From contig CAWBBG010000011.1 in the NCBI GenBank assembly GCA_963787025.1, positions 61,862 through 125,861 of the forward strand: a stretch of DNA of 64,000 nt, written 5' to 3'. Shown here piece after piece: positions 34,238 to 44,705 of the stretch. This stretch comes from an uncultured Chloroflexia bacterium. Its GTDB lineage: Bacteria > Chloroflexota > Limnocylindria > QHBO01. Position 1 is the stretch's first letter; each line of letters begins with the position of its first letter. Below the pieces are notes generated by a model, which ran no database searches, had not been told where the DNA came from, and saw only the letters and a list, made by a program, of their open reading frames with translations. The translations under genes and the position numbers were made by a program.

Positions 34238-35308
34238 ATGTTCGCGATCGTCATGGCCGGCGGGTCCGGCACCCGCCTCTGGCCGCTCTCCCGCCGGCGC
34301 GCTCCCAAGCAGCTCCTTCCGTTGACCGGGGAGACGAGCCTGCTGCAGCAGACCGTGGCGCGCCTGGCGCCGCTGCTTCCCCCGCGCGACATCTACGTCA
34401 TCACCTCGCAGGCACATGTCCGCGAGACGGTCGAGCAGCTGCCCGGCCTGCCCGAGGAGAACGTCCTGGGCGAGCCGCTCGCCCGCTCCACCGCGGTCGC
34501 CGCGGGCCTGGCGACCGTCATTGCACGGCGGGAGCCTGACGAGATCGCGCTGGTCCTGCCCGCCGACCACTTCGTGGGCGATGAGACCGCCTTCCTCGCG
34601 GCACTGCGCGAAGCGGCCCGTGCGGCGGAGCGGGGCTACCTGGTGACCCTCGGTGTGGTGCCCACCCACCCGGCCACCGGCTACGGCTACATCAAGGTGG
34701 GGGAGCGGCTCCACGCGGCGGTGCCGACCGCGCTGGTGGAGCGCTTCGCCGAGAAGCCCGACCCGGCAACGGCGAGGGGCTTCCTGGCCAGCGGTGGCTA
34801 CCTGTGGAACGCGGGCGTCTTCGCCTGGCGCACCTACAGCTTCCGTGCGGCGCTGCAGCGCTTCCAGCCGGAGCTCGCTGCGGCCCTGGATCGGATCGCG
34901 GCCCTGCACCGCATCCCCGGCTGGATGTCCAGCGTGCGCGAGATCCTGGACCCGATACCGGCCATCACCATCGACGTCGGGATCGCGGAGCCTGCCGCTG
35001 CGGAGGGACGCATGGCGGTCGTGCCGCTCGACGCCGGGTGGAGCGACATCGGCTCCTGGTCCAGCCTCCTCGAGGCCCTGAGCACCCAGACCGGCTCGAC
35101 GCTGGTGGCGAGCGGCCAGCACCTGGACCGGGGATCAGAACGGGTGCTGGTCCACGGGGGAGACAGGCTGATTGTGACCGTGGGCCTGCGCGACGTGATC
35201 ATCGTGGACACTCCTGACGCGCTCCTCGTCTGCGCCCGGGACCGGGCGGAGGAGATCAAGCCGGTGCTCGACGAGATAGCCGAGAAAGCCGGCGAGCGCT
35301 ATCTCTGA
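34238..35308 (+). CDS. manC: mannose-1-phosphate guanylyltransferase
   Basis: MFAIVMAGGSGTRLWPLS nucleotidyltransferase signature; about 356 aa. Confidence 0.85.
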   Translation: MFAIVMAGGSGTRLWPLSRRRAPKQLLPLTGETSLLQQTVARLAPLLPPRDIYVITSQAHVRETVEQLPGLPEENVLGEPLARSTAVAAGLATVIARREPDEIALVLPADHFVGDETAFLAALREAARAAERGYLVTLGVVPTHPATGYGYIKVGERLHAAVPTALVERFAEKPDPATARGFLASGGYLWNAGVFAWRTYSFRAALQRFQPELAAALDRIAALHRIPGWMSSVREILDPIPAITIDVGIAEPAAAEGRMAVVPLDAGWSDIGSWSSLLEALSTQTGSTLVASGQHLDRGSERVLVHGGDRLIVTVGLRDVIIVDTPDALLVCARDRAEEIKPVLDEIAEKAGERYL

Positions 35309-35312
35309 GCCG

Positions 35313-36116
35313 ATGCCGCCCGAGCCGATGCCGCCCCCGATCGCGCCCGCGGCGGGTCCACCCCCGTCATGGGTGGAGGAGGAGGACCTGCCGCTCGCCT
35401 GGCTGGCCCGCCTCGTGGGCGGCGCCATCGGGTGGTACCTGCGCCTGTGCGCCGCGACCTCGCGCTTCTCGGGTCCGCCGGTCAACCAGGGCCAGATCGT
35501 GTTCGCCATCTGGCACGAGTCGAACCTTGTTGCGGCCACGGCCGCCTGGCGCCTCCGCAATGAGCAGCGGATCGTCAGCTTCAGCACTCGTGGCTTTCGC
35601 GGCATCGTGATGAACGCGATGCTGCGCTCCATGCACTCGGGGGTCGTCACCCTTCCGGACGAGGGTGGCAGCACCCGCGGCGAGGCCGGCCGGCTCTCGC
35701 TGGAGCTGGCGCGGATCGGCAGGTCCGGGCACACGCTGGTGGTCAGCTGCGACGGGCCGTTCGGACCCTACCGGGTGGCGAAGCCGGGTGCCCTCCTCGT
35801 CGCGCGCGAGTCGGGCCTGCCGATCCAGCCCTGGGCCGTGTCGATCCGCCCGACACTCCGCCTGCGCCGTCGGTGGGACCGCCACCTCGTGCCGCTCCCG
35901 TTCGCGCGGATGCGCGTCGAGGAGGGTGAGCCCATCGCGGTTGGTCCGCGCGAGCGGCTCAAGCCGCTCCTGGCGCGGCTGCAGGCCGAGCTGGACGCCG
36001 CCTCGGCGACGGGCGGACCGGCGCATGTCCCGAACGGGGCGCGGCTGATGGCGTGCCGCGAGCCGCAGCCGCTACCATGGACGTCATCCATGCAGTGCCG
36101 CCGGAAGGATCTGTGA
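35313..36116 (+). CDS. lysophospholipid-acyltransferase-like protein (DUF374 family)
   Basis: 267 aa; acyltransferase-like HxxxxD region (IWHESNLV); sits between manC and pmm. Confidence 0.55.
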   Translation: MPPEPMPPPIAPAAGPPPSWVEEEDLPLAWLARLVGGAIGWYLRLCAATSRFSGPPVNQGQIVFAIWHESNLVAATAAWRLRNEQRIVSFSTRGFRGIVMNAMLRSMHSGVVTLPDEGGSTRGEAGRLSLELARIGRSGHTLVVSCDGPFGPYRVAKPGALLVARESGLPIQPWAVSIRPTLRLRRRWDRHLVPLPFARMRVEEGEPIAVGPRERLKPLLARLQAELDAASATGGPAHVPNGARLMACREPQPLPWTSSMQCRRKDL

Positions 36117-37574
36117 CAAAGATCAAGTTCGGGACCGATGGCTGGCGCGCCGCCATCGCCGAGGATTACACGTTCCACAACGTCCGCCGCTGCGCGCGCG
36201 GGGTGGCGGATCACCTGCAGCGCACGGGCACCGCGGACCGCGGCGTCGTGGTCGCCTGCGACCGTCGCTTCGCCTCGGAGCACTTCGCGCGCGCGTGCGT
36301 CGAGGTCCTGGCCGCACACGACATCCGCAGCTTCATGCCGCCCGAGGCGGTCCCCACCCAGGTGGGCAGCTTCTTCACCCGCGAGATGCAGGCCGGCGCC
36401 GGGATCGTGATCACCGCCAGCCACAATCCGTGGACCGACAACGGCTTCAAGGTCAAGGCCGACACGGGCGGCGCCGCGGCGCCGGAGATGCTGGCGGCGA
36501 TCGAGGCGACCATGGACGGGCACCCGGAGGACGAGCTCCCGCCACGGCGCGACTACGACGAAGCGGTGGAGGCCGGCCTGGTCGAGATCTTCGACCCGTA
36601 CCCGAAGTTCCGCGACCAGCTCGCCAGCGTGGTCGACCTGGAGCGCATCCGCGCCGCCGACAAGCGCGTGCTCGTCGAGCCGTTGTACGGATCGGGAGCC
36701 GGCTGGTACACCCGTCTGCTGGGAGGCGGACGCCTCACCGTGCGCGAGCTGCACACGGAGCGCAACCCGTTCTTCGGCGGGGTGAACCCCGAGCCGATCC
36801 GCCCGAACATCGACGCCTGGCTGGAGGAGATTCCGCGCTGGGGCGGCGACATCGGGATCGCCTTCGACGGCGATGCGGACCGGGTGGGGATGGCCACCGA
36901 GCAGGGGGTCTTCGTCAACCAGCTGCAGGTCTACGGCCTGCTGTACTGGTACCTGCTTGACGTTCGCGGGCAGGTCGGACCTGCGGTCTATACCGTCACC
37001 ACCACCTCGATGGCACCGCGCCTGGCCGAGATCTACGGCACGCAGGCCTACGAGACCGGCGTGGGCTTCAAGTACGTCGGGCCCAAGATGACCGAGACGA
37101 ACGCGGTGATCGGGTGGGGAAGAGTCCGGCGGGTTCGGGTTCGGGATGCACATCCCCGAGCGCGACGGCCTCGCCTCGGGGCTCTTCCTGCTGGACCTGT
37201 GGCTGAACAAGGGAAGGCAGGCCTCGGAGGTGCTCGCGGAGCTCCAGGCGCTCGCCGGTCCCAGCTACTACAACCGGATCGACATCCGCTTCCCGCGCGA
37301 GGGCTACGACGGGGTGAAGGCCGACACCCTGGCCCGGCTGGAGGAGGAGTCGCCCGCATCGCTGGCCGGCAAGGCGGTCGTGCGCCGGCAGGCGCTCGAG
37401 ACGGGCGACGGCTTCAAGTTCTATCGCGACGACGGATCCTGGCTCCTGATCCGCTTCAGCGGCACGGAGGCACTGCTGCGCATCTACGTGGAGGCGCGGT
37501 CGCCCGAGGATGTCGAGACACTGCTGGCGGAAGGCCGTGCCATCGCGGCGGACGGCGTGGGCCCGGGCGCCTAG
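36113..37574 (+). CDS. phosphomannomutase/phosphoglucomutase; frame broken by a 1-bp indel in a G-run near 37105-37115
   Basis: GTG start in a GTGA overlap; KIKFGTDGWRA N-terminus, phosphoserine loop TASHNPWTDNGFK; after the shift continues GGEESGGFGFGMHIPERDG (sugar-binding loop). Confidence 0.85.
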
Positions 37575-37577
37575 GAC

Positions 37578-38744
37578 GTGGACGCCCGGGACTTCTTTGG
37601 GTACAAGAATCCGGACGAGGAGCCGGGCCGCCCGGACGACGAGGAGCAGGTCGACGAGCGGCCGCCCCTCCCCGAGGAGGCGATCACCCTCGACGACATC
37701 GCCGCGCTGAAGCGCATCGACAGCGCCGACATGCTGGGCCGCGTGCGCGAGCTCCCCGGGCAGCTCGCCCAGGCGCGCCGGATCGTGGCCGCCACGACGC
37801 TCCCGGACCGCTTCCGAGACGTCGACGCCGTCCTGGTCCTGGGCATGGGCGGCTCTGCCATCGGGGCGAACCTGGTGGCGGGCATCGCCGGCGATCGGCT
37901 CCGTGTCCCGTTCATCGTGCATCGCGACTACCACCTCCCCGCGTGGGCCGGCGCGCGCACCCTGGTCGTGGCCGCCAGCCATTCGGGCGACACCGTCGAG
38001 ACGCTGCGCGCAGCCGGCGAGGCGGCGGCACGCGACCTGCCCCTGGTCACCATCTCGACCGGTGGCGAGCTCGGCCGGCGGGCGAGCGAGGCCGGTGCTC
38101 CGTATCTGCGCTACCGGGCGCCCGGTCAGCCACGGGCTGCCATCGGTTTCGGCGTCGGACTCCTGCACGATCTGCTCGTCACCGCCGGCCTGCTCTCCGA
38201 TCCGGACCCGCTGGTTCCGGCCGTGGAGGCCGTGGAGGCGATCCTGGAACGCAACGCGCCGGGGGTGGAGACCACCGCGAATCCCGCCAAGCAGCTGGCC
38301 TGGTCGCTCTTCGGACGGATCCCGATCGTGTACGGGGCGGGGATCATGGCGCCCGTCGCGCGGCGCTGGAAGACCCAGATCAACGAGAACGCGAAGTCCT
38401 GGGCCGCCTACGAGGCGATGCCGGAGGCGAATCACAACACCATCGAGGGCTCGCTGAATCCGCGTGAGCTGTCAGATGCCCCGTACGTCGTCCAGCTTCG
38501 CGATCCGGATGAGCCCGAGGAGATCACGGCGCGCTACCGGGTGGTCGAGGAGCTCCTGGGCGAGCGCGCCACGAATCGCAGCGAGGTCCGGGCGGAGGGT
38601 CCGTCGCGGCTGGCGCGGGTCCTTTCCACGGTCGCGTTCGGGGACCTGGTGAGCGTGTATCTGGCGCTCCTCTACCAGACGGACCCAACCCCGGTTACAC
38701 TGCTCGCAATGCTGAAGGAACGGCTCGCCAGGGCTACGGACTGA
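37578..38744 (+). CDS. bifunctional phosphoglucose/phosphomannose isomerase (SIS domains)
   Basis: 388 aa; two SIS-domain signatures (VLGMGGSAIGA..., VAASHSGDTVET); clustered with manC/pmm. Confidence 0.8.
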   Translation: MDARDFFGYKNPDEEPGRPDDEEQVDERPPLPEEAITLDDIAALKRIDSADMLGRVRELPGQLAQARRIVAATTLPDRFRDVDAVLVLGMGGSAIGANLVAGIAGDRLRVPFIVHRDYHLPAWAGARTLVVAASHSGDTVETLRAAGEAAARDLPLVTISTGGELGRRASEAGAPYLRYRAPGQPRAAIGFGVGLLHDLLVTAGLLSDPDPLVPAVEAVEAILERNAPGVETTANPAKQLAWSLFGRIPIVYGAGIMAPVARRWKTQINENAKSWAAYEAMPEANHNTIEGSLNPRELSDAPYVVQLRDPDEPEEITARYRVVEELLGERATNRSEVRAEGPSRLARVLSTVAFGDLVSVYLALLYQTDPTPVTLLAMLKERLARATD

Positions 38745-38814
38745 CGGGCGCCACGAGAAGATGGCGCCGGCTCGGTCCGGCGCCTGGAGGGCAGGCACTG
38801 TGCAATCGAGCATC

Positions 38815-39090
38815 ATGGCGAAGGTCGAGAAGGCGATGCGCTACGCGCACGAGCCGGACCGCGTGAAGCTCCAGCGATTCGAGGCGACGTTCACCAGCGA
38901 CAACGGCGTTCACCGCATCAGTCTCGACAGCGATCGATGGAGCTGCGACTGCCACCTCTTCGTGTCGGCCGGTGGCTGTGCGCACACTCTCGCCGCCCAG
39001 AAGATGCTCGACCCGATGCTCAGTGAAGCGGCACGGGAGACGCCGCTGTACAGCCACGTCGAGGTCGAGGAGGTAACGGCCCCGGCGTAG
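38815..39090 (+). CDS. SWIM zinc-finger small protein
   Basis: CDCHLFVSAGGCAH = CxCx9CxH SWIM motif; start uncertain (38761 or 38815). Confidence 0.45.
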   Translation: MAKVEKAMRYAHEPDRVKLQRFEATFTSDNGVHRISLDSDRWSCDCHLFVSAGGCAHTLAAQKMLDPMLSEAARETPLYSHVEVEEVTAPA

Positions 39091-39164
39091 GTCCTCGGGA
39101 CACCCCGCATCCGCGGCCCGCCGCCCGTTGGTCGGCGGGCCGTCTGCTACGATCCGCGCGTTAC

Positions 39165-39345
39165 CATCCGAAAACCGCGTCGGGTGCCGCCGCCGAAAGG
39201 CCGGCGGGTAAATGGCGAAGCCGGTGCAAGACCGGCGCTGTCCCGCAACTGTAACCGCGCTCCTCCGCCGCCACGGTGCGAGGACCGGGAGCCAGGTCGC
39301 CCAGCCACGGCGCGATGTCACCACCCTCGTGTGAAAGGGAACGGC
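39165..39345 (+). ncRNA. cobalamin (AdoCbl) riboswitch
   Basis: Conserved core GGTGCAAGACCGGCGCTGTCCCGCAACTGTAA (GGTG.AA..CC...GC.G.CCCGC.ACTGT.A) and downstream GCCAC box, directly upstream of a btuF-like gene. Confidence 0.6.
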
Positions 39346-39351
39346 ATCAGC

Positions 39352-40374
39352 ATGGCACCCCCGCGCCTCAGATCCCCGCGCGCTTTCCTCCCCGCTCTCC
39401 TGGCCCTCTCGCTCATCGTGTCCGCCTGCGCGAATGCCGGCCGGGGCCCCTCTGCCGCGCCCCCGGCCGCGACGGGCACGTCGGGTACCGCGTCCATCGC
39501 CCCGTCCGGGAGCCCGCAGGCCTGGCCGCGGACCCTCACCGACGACGCCGGTCAGGCGGTCACCCTGCGAGCCGCGCCGGCACGCGTCGTCAGCCTCGCG
39601 CCGTCGAACACGGAGATCGTGTGTGCCATCGGTGCGTGCGACGCGCTGGTGGGTGTCACGGACTTCGACGATTACCCGGCCAGCGTGACGAGCCTGCCAA
39701 AGGTCGTGGTCAATGCGACCGTTGACCCGGAGAAGGTGGTGGCCGCGCGCCCGGACCTGGTCCTGGCCGCCGGCAACGGGCTTACGCCCGCGGCGGTGAT
39801 CCGGCAGCTTTCCGACCTCGGGCTGCCGGTCCTCACCCTGTACCCCGGGGACCTCGACGGGATCTATGCCGATATCGCGCTGGTCGGCCGCGCGCTGGGC
39901 CGCAGCGGGGAGGCGTCGAGCCTCGTGGACGGCATGAAGACCCGCGTCGCCGCCGTGCAACAGGCGGTCGCAGGTGCCGCGCGACCCCGGGTGTTCTACG
40001 AGGTGAGCGTCTACCAGGGCGTCGTCTACACCGCCGGGAAGGACTCCTTCCTGGCCTCGCTCATCACCATGGCCGGCGGCGACCCGGTCACCGGTGACGC
40101 GCAGACCACCGCCATCGGCCTCGAGGACCTCGTGATCGCGGATCCGCAGCTGATCCTGCTGGGCGATGCGAGCTACGACCCGTCCCTTCAGGAGCGCGAT
40201 TCCGCGCTCTCGCAGGTGCGGGCGCGTCCCGGCTGGGAGGTGATGTCCGCCGTGCGCGAGGGCAGGGTCATCCCGTTCCCGGCCGACATCGTGACCACCC
40301 GACCGGGGCCGCGCATCGTCGACGGCCTCGAGGCACTCGCGCACGCCATCCACCCGGAGCGGTTCAACCGGTGA
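39352..40374 (+). CDS. btuF: ABC transporter substrate-binding protein, BtuF/TroA class (cobalamin or Fe-siderophore)
   Basis: Signal peptide with lipobox-like LIVSAC; class III SBP motifs; sits behind the B12 riboswitch. Confidence 0.8.
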   Translation: MAPPRLRSPRAFLPALLALSLIVSACANAGRGPSAAPPAATGTSGTASIAPSGSPQAWPRTLTDDAGQAVTLRAAPARVVSLAPSNTEIVCAIGACDALVGVTDFDDYPASVTSLPKVVVNATVDPEKVVAARPDLVLAAGNGLTPAAVIRQLSDLGLPVLTLYPGDLDGIYADIALVGRALGRSGEASSLVDGMKTRVAAVQQAVAGAARPRVFYEVSVYQGVVYTAGKDSFLASLITMAGGDPVTGDAQTTAIGLEDLVIADPQLILLGDASYDPSLQERDSALSQVRARPGWEVMSAVREGRVIPFPADIVTTRPGPRIVDGLEALAHAIHPERFNR

Positions 40375-41489
40375 GCGACGCCAGGGCCGTTCCCGCCACG
40401 ACTGCGACGCCGGCACGTGCGCTGGTCGGCGGGCCCAGCCTCACCCGGGCGGGGCTGGTCCTTGGCGGAGGCCTGGCGCTGCTCGTGGTGCTGGGGCTGG
40501 TGGCAGTGGCGCTCGGTAGCGTGGGCATCGGCGTGGGGGAGACAGCCGGGATCATCGGCCACCGTCTGCTGGGGATCCCGGCCGCCCCGACCTGGACCCC
40601 GCAGGCGGAGACGATCGTCCTGGAGCTGCGCCTGCCGCGGGTCCTGACTGCCATGCTCGTGGGCGGGGGACTTGCCATGGCCGGCACCGCCTTCCAGGCG
40701 CTGCTGCGCAACCCGCTGGCCGATCCCTACATCATCGGCACCGCCGCCGGAGCGTCGCTGGGCGCCGTCGCCGCGCTCGTTGCCCCCATGCTGCTCCCCG
40801 GCCTGGCGGTCCTGGCCGCGGGGAGCTGGCTCGGCCTGGGCGCGGTGCAGCTGCTGGCCTTCGCCGGCGGCCTCCTGACCGTGCTGCTGGTCTACGTTGT
40901 GGCGCGGGGTGCGCGGGGCGGCGCCGTGACGCTGCTCCTGACCGGGTACGCCGTCTCCTCCGTGCTCGCCGCAGGGGTGGCGCTGCTCATGTTCCTGGCC
41001 GGCAACCGGCTGGGCGTGGTCTTCGCCTGGCTCATGGGCTCGCTGCAGGTCGCCGGCTGGCGCAATCTGATGGTCGCCGCGCCCATCGTGGCCGTGAGCC
41101 TGCTTGCGCTCCTGGCCCGATGGCGCCGGCTCAACGTGCTGCTGCTGGGCGACGTCGCAGCGGCGCACCTGGGCGTGGACGTCGCACGCGAGCGCTTCGT
41201 GCTGACCGTCCTCGCCAGCCTGGCGACCTCCGCGGTGGTGGCCATCTCCGGAACCATCGGGTTCGTGGGGCTCGTCGTCCCGCATGTGCTGCGCCTGGCC
41301 ATCGGCCCCGACCATCGCCTGCTCCTCCCGGCCAGCCTGATCTTCGGCGCCGTGCTGCTGACCGCGGCTGATCTCGTCGCTCGCCTCGCCGGCGGCGTCC
41401 CGGTGGGAATCGTCACCGCGCTCATCGGCGCACCGTTCTTCCTGTGGCTGCTCGTGCGTTCGCGCGAGGCTGGGAGCGTGGCACTGTGA
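40371..41489 (+). CDS. btuC: FecCD-family ABC permease (BtuC-like)
   Basis: 372 aa, about 9-10 TM; FecCD family. Confidence 0.85.
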   Translation: MSDARAVPATTATPARALVGGPSLTRAGLVLGGGLALLVVLGLVAVALGSVGIGVGETAGIIGHRLLGIPAAPTWTPQAETIVLELRLPRVLTAMLVGGGLAMAGTAFQALLRNPLADPYIIGTAAGASLGAVAALVAPMLLPGLAVLAAGSWLGLGAVQLLAFAGGLLTVLLVYVVARGARGGAVTLLLTGYAVSSVLAAGVALLMFLAGNRLGVVFAWLMGSLQVAGWRNLMVAAPIVAVSLLALLARWRRLNVLLLGDVAAAHLGVDVARERFVLTVLASLATSAVVAISGTIGFVGLVVPHVLRLAIGPDHRLLLPASLIFGAVLLTAADLVARLAGGVPVGIVTALIGAPFFLWLLVRSREAGSVAL

Positions 41490-42343
41490 GCGTGAGTGAC
41501 GTGGCGGCGCGCGGAGCCGTCGGCCCGGATCAGGGGCCGGAGCCCGTGGTAGATGCGCGCGGAGTCTCGTTCGCCTACCAGGCCCGGCGGACCCGCCGCA
41601 GCGTGCTGCAGGGCGTGGACCTGTCGATCGCGCCGCGAGAGCTCGTGGCACTGGTGGGGACCAACGGCTGTGGCAAGACAACGCTCCTGCGGGTCATCGC
41701 CGGCACGCTGGCGCCGGAGTCGGGCACGCTCCGCCTCTTCGGCCGCTCCTCGACGACGTGGTCGCGCATCGAGGCGGCTCGACGCATCGCGGTGCTTCCG
41801 CAGAGCCTGGAGCTGCCGGGCGGCTTCCGTGTCGGCGAGCTGGTGGCCATGGGCCGCCTGCCGCATGCCAGCTCGCGCTTCGGCTCCTCGGCAGCGGACG
41901 CGGAGGCCGTGGAGCGTGCCCTCGTCGACGCGGATCTCCTGGCGCTTGCCGGGAGGGTGGCGTCCGAGCTCTCCGGCGGGGAACGGCAGCGCGTGGGCGT
42001 GGCCATGGCACTCGCCCAGGAGCCGGAGCTGCTGCTGCTGGACGAGCCCACCCTGCATCTCGACGTGGCCCATCAGCTCGCGCTGCTGGAGATGATCGAC
42101 CGCCTGCGCGCGCGGCGCGGGATCGCCGTCCTGGCCGTGATCCACGACCTTGCCATGGCGGCCGTCGCGCCGCGGGTCGCCGTGCTCGACGCGGGGCGCA
42201 TCGTTGCGGACGGTCCCCCGGAGGCGGCGCTGACTCCACAGATCGTGCACCGGGTGTTCGGAGTCCCGGTGGAGGAATGGGAATCCGCGGACGGTGGTCG
42301 GCGCCTGGCGGTTGCCCTGCCGCGCCTGGCACGGGACGCCTGA
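41486..42343 (+). CDS. btuD: ABC transporter ATP-binding protein (BtuD/FecE-like)
   Basis: GTG start in a GTGA overlap; Walker A GTNGCGKTT, signature LSGGERQR, Walker B LLLLDEP. Confidence 0.85.
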   Translation: MSVSDVAARGAVGPDQGPEPVVDARGVSFAYQARRTRRSVLQGVDLSIAPRELVALVGTNGCGKTTLLRVIAGTLAPESGTLRLFGRSSTTWSRIEAARRIAVLPQSLELPGGFRVGELVAMGRLPHASSRFGSSAADAEAVERALVDADLLALAGRVASELSGGERQRVGVAMALAQEPELLLLDEPTLHLDVAHQLALLEMIDRLRARRGIAVLAVIHDLAMAAVAPRVAVLDAGRIVADGPPEAALTPQIVHRVFGVPVEEWESADGGRRLAVALPRLARDA

Positions 42344-42359
42344 GCGGCGCGGAGCGGCG

Positions 42360-43667
42360 CTACGTCGCGGGCGGTTCGGGCAGGTCTCCCGGAGCGCGCT
42401 CGGCCCCTCCCGGCTCGTTCTCCTGGTCCTCGTCCACGAGCAGCTCGAACTGCTCGCTGCCGTCCGGCCGCAACGAGCGATGGACGTGGATGTGGGGATG
42501 GGTCTCGTCGGAGACCTGCTGCTTCTCGACCCGCACCATGGTCGCTTCGCCGACGTGCGCCAGGCGCTCCGTGTCGGGGAGCGCCACGTTGGGAACCTCG
42601 CTCCAGAGGAAGTAGTTCAGGAACACGTTCAGGACGGCGACCACCGGGATGCCGAAGAGGGCGCCCCAGACCCCGGCGACCTGGGCCCCGACCAGGAGGG
42701 CCACCAGGACGAGGATGGGATGCATCCCCAGGGCCCCGCGCATGAGACGCGGCTGGAGCCAGTTGACCGCCACGGTCTGGATGCCCACCAGGACGATCGC
42801 GATGGGGATGAACCAGGCCGAACCGTAGATCCAGGCTGCCAGGATGGGCGGAATGAGCGCGAGTGGCGGTCCGAAGAACGGGATGAACATGGCGAGCGCC
42901 GAGAGGGTCGCCACCAGGAAGACGTACGGCAGGCCGAAGACCGACCAGATCAGGACGACCAGGATCGCCTGCAGGACCATGAGCACCAGCTGCGCCCGGA
43001 GGAAACCGCCGAACGCGCGCGCGACGGTGCGCTCGAAGATCTCCAGTTCGTCCTTGTAGCGGTTGGGGACGATCCGGTTCACCCGGCTCAGGATCCGATC
43101 GTTGTCCATCACCATGTAGAGCGAGAGGATCAGGACCAGGACGAACGAGCCGATGGCGCCCAGGGTCGCGCCGGCGATCGCCTGCGCCTGCGCGAGGAGC
43201 GGTCCTGCGATGGTTCCCAGGCTGCGCTGGATGTCCTGGAAGAGCTTCACCAGGTCGATCCCGAACCGGCCAAGGTCGAGCGAGCGCTGCCAGCCGCTTA
43301 GGGTTGCCTCGACACGGATGGCGGTCTGCGGGAAGTTGTCGGTGAGCTGGCGAACCTGGTCGGTGATGGCGGTCACCAGCCCGAAGATGAGCGCGCCCAG
43401 GGCGATGAGCGCGACCAGGTAGGCGAAGGAGGCGGCAAGGCCCCGTGGCAACCCGGACGCTGACAGCCCGCGAACGAACGGCGACATGACGAAGGCCAGG
43501 AGCCAGGCCAGGAACAGGATCAGGAGGATGGAGCTGAAGCCGCCGAAGAAGGAGAGGCCCTCCTGGATGAGCAGGACCGCGAAGTAGGTGCTGCCCAGGA
43601 CGAGGAAGGCCAGGAGCCAGCGCCGCTCGCGGGGGCCGATGCCGGATTCGACGCTGGGCCGCAGCAT
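42360..43667 (-). CDS. AI-2E family transporter (PerM/YdiK-like, UPF0118)
   Basis: 435 aa, 8 TM; AI-2E family. Confidence 0.8.
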   Translation of the reverse strand: MLRPSVESGIGPRERRWLLAFLVLGSTYFAVLLIQEGLSFFGGFSSILLILFLAWLLAFVMSPFVRGLSASGLPRGLAASFAYLVALIALGALIFGLVTAITDQVRQLTDNFPQTAIRVEATLSGWQRSLDLGRFGIDLVKLFQDIQRSLGTIAGPLLAQAQAIAGATLGAIGSFVLVLILSLYMVMDNDRILSRVNRIVPNRYKDELEIFERTVARAFGGFLRAQLVLMVLQAILVVLIWSVFGLPYVFLVATLSALAMFIPFFGPPLALIPPILAAWIYGSAWFIPIAIVLVGIQTVAVNWLQPRLMRGALGMHPILVLVALLVGAQVAGVWGALFGIPVVAVLNVFLNYFLWSEVPNVALPDTERLAHVGEATMVRVEKQQVSDETHPHIHVHRSLRPDGSEQFELLVDEDQENEPGGAERAPGDLPEPPAT

Positions 43668-43676
43668 GCCGAGCCC

Positions 43677-44705
43677 TCAGCGCCTGCCGGAGCCGATGCC
43701 CACGGCGGTGCGGACCTCGGCCATGGTGGTCTCGACGATGGGCCGGACCTTGGCGACCCCGGCCGCCAGGACCTCCTCGGCGTAGTCGGGATGCGCGGCG
43801 AGCTCCGCACGCCGCTCGCGCATCGGCCTGAAGCGCTCGATGATGCGCTCGGCGAGGAGCTGCTTGGTCTCCACGCAGCCGGTGCGCGCGGTCCGCTCGC
43901 CGTCCTGGATCTGCAGGTAGTCGTCCCCGAAGAAGCGATGGAGCTGGCAGACGTTGCAGACTTCCGGGCGTCCGGGATCCGTGCGCTTGATGCGCTGCGG
44001 ATCGGTGACCATGCTCATCACGAGGCGCCGGATCTCGTCCGGCTCGGCGAAGATCGGGATGGTGTTGCCCGCGCTCTTGCTCATCTTCTTCGCGCCGTCG
44101 GTGCCCAGCACCACCGGCACGTCGGTGAAGACCGGCTGCGGCTCCGGGAAGATGGGGCCGTAGCGGCGGTTGAAGGCGCGCACGATCTCGCGTGACAGCT
44201 CGAGGTGCGGCGCCTGGTCCTTCCCGATCGGCACCCGGCTGGCCTTGTAGATCACGATGTCGGCGGCCTGCAGGACCGGGTAGTCGAGCAGTCCCATGGA
44301 GTTCTCGATGCCCTGGTCGCGCTTCTCCTTGTAGGTGGGCGTGCGCTCGACCCAGCTGACCGGCACGACCGTGTTGAAGATCCAGGCCAGCTCCGAGTGC
44401 TCGGGGAAGTCCGACTGGCGGATGAGGGCGCAGCGAGCCGGGTCGAGGCCCACGGCCAGGAGGTCCAGGACCATCTCGTGCGTCAGCTCGCGAAGCCGGG
44501 CGCCGTCGTGCTGGGTCGTCAGGGCATGCAGGTCCACGATCGCGTAGATCGCGTCGTACGCGTCCTGCATCGCGACGTAGTTGACCTGGGCGCCGAGATA
44601 GTTGCCGAGATGCGAGGCGCCGGAGGGCTGGATCCCGGAGAAGACGCGATCGCGCGTCACCGGTCCCGTGGAGCGTTCATCGGCGGGGGTCGCAGCGGTC
44701 GTCAT
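43677..44705 (-). CDS. trpS: tryptophan--tRNA ligase
   Basis: Class I aaRS motifs HLGNY (HIGH-like) and KMSKS; internal ATG start (MTTAATPADE...); the upstream part of ORF ..45146 is antisense to birA. Confidence 0.9.
   Translation of the reverse strand: MTTAATPADERSTGPVTRDRVFSGIQPSGASHLGNYLGAQVNYVAMQDAYDAIYAIVDLHALTTQHDGARLRELTHEMVLDLLAVGLDPARCALIRQSDFPEHSELAWIFNTVVPVSWVERTPTYKEKRDQGIENSMGLLDYPVLQAADIVIYKASRVPIGKDQAPHLELSREIVRAFNRRYGPIFPEPQPVFTDVPVVLGTDGAKKMSKSAGNTIPIFAEPDEIRRLVMSMVTDPQRIKRTDPGRPEVCNVCQLHRFFGDDYLQIQDGERTARTGCVETKQLLAERIIERFRPMRERRAELAAHPDYAEEVLAAGVAKVRPIVETTMAEVRTAVGIGSGRR

Noticed and set aside
37120-37140. Short tandem repeat gggttcgggttcggg
   Set aside because: Encodes the conserved GFGFG sugar-binding loop of phosphomannomutase; not a genomic repeat element
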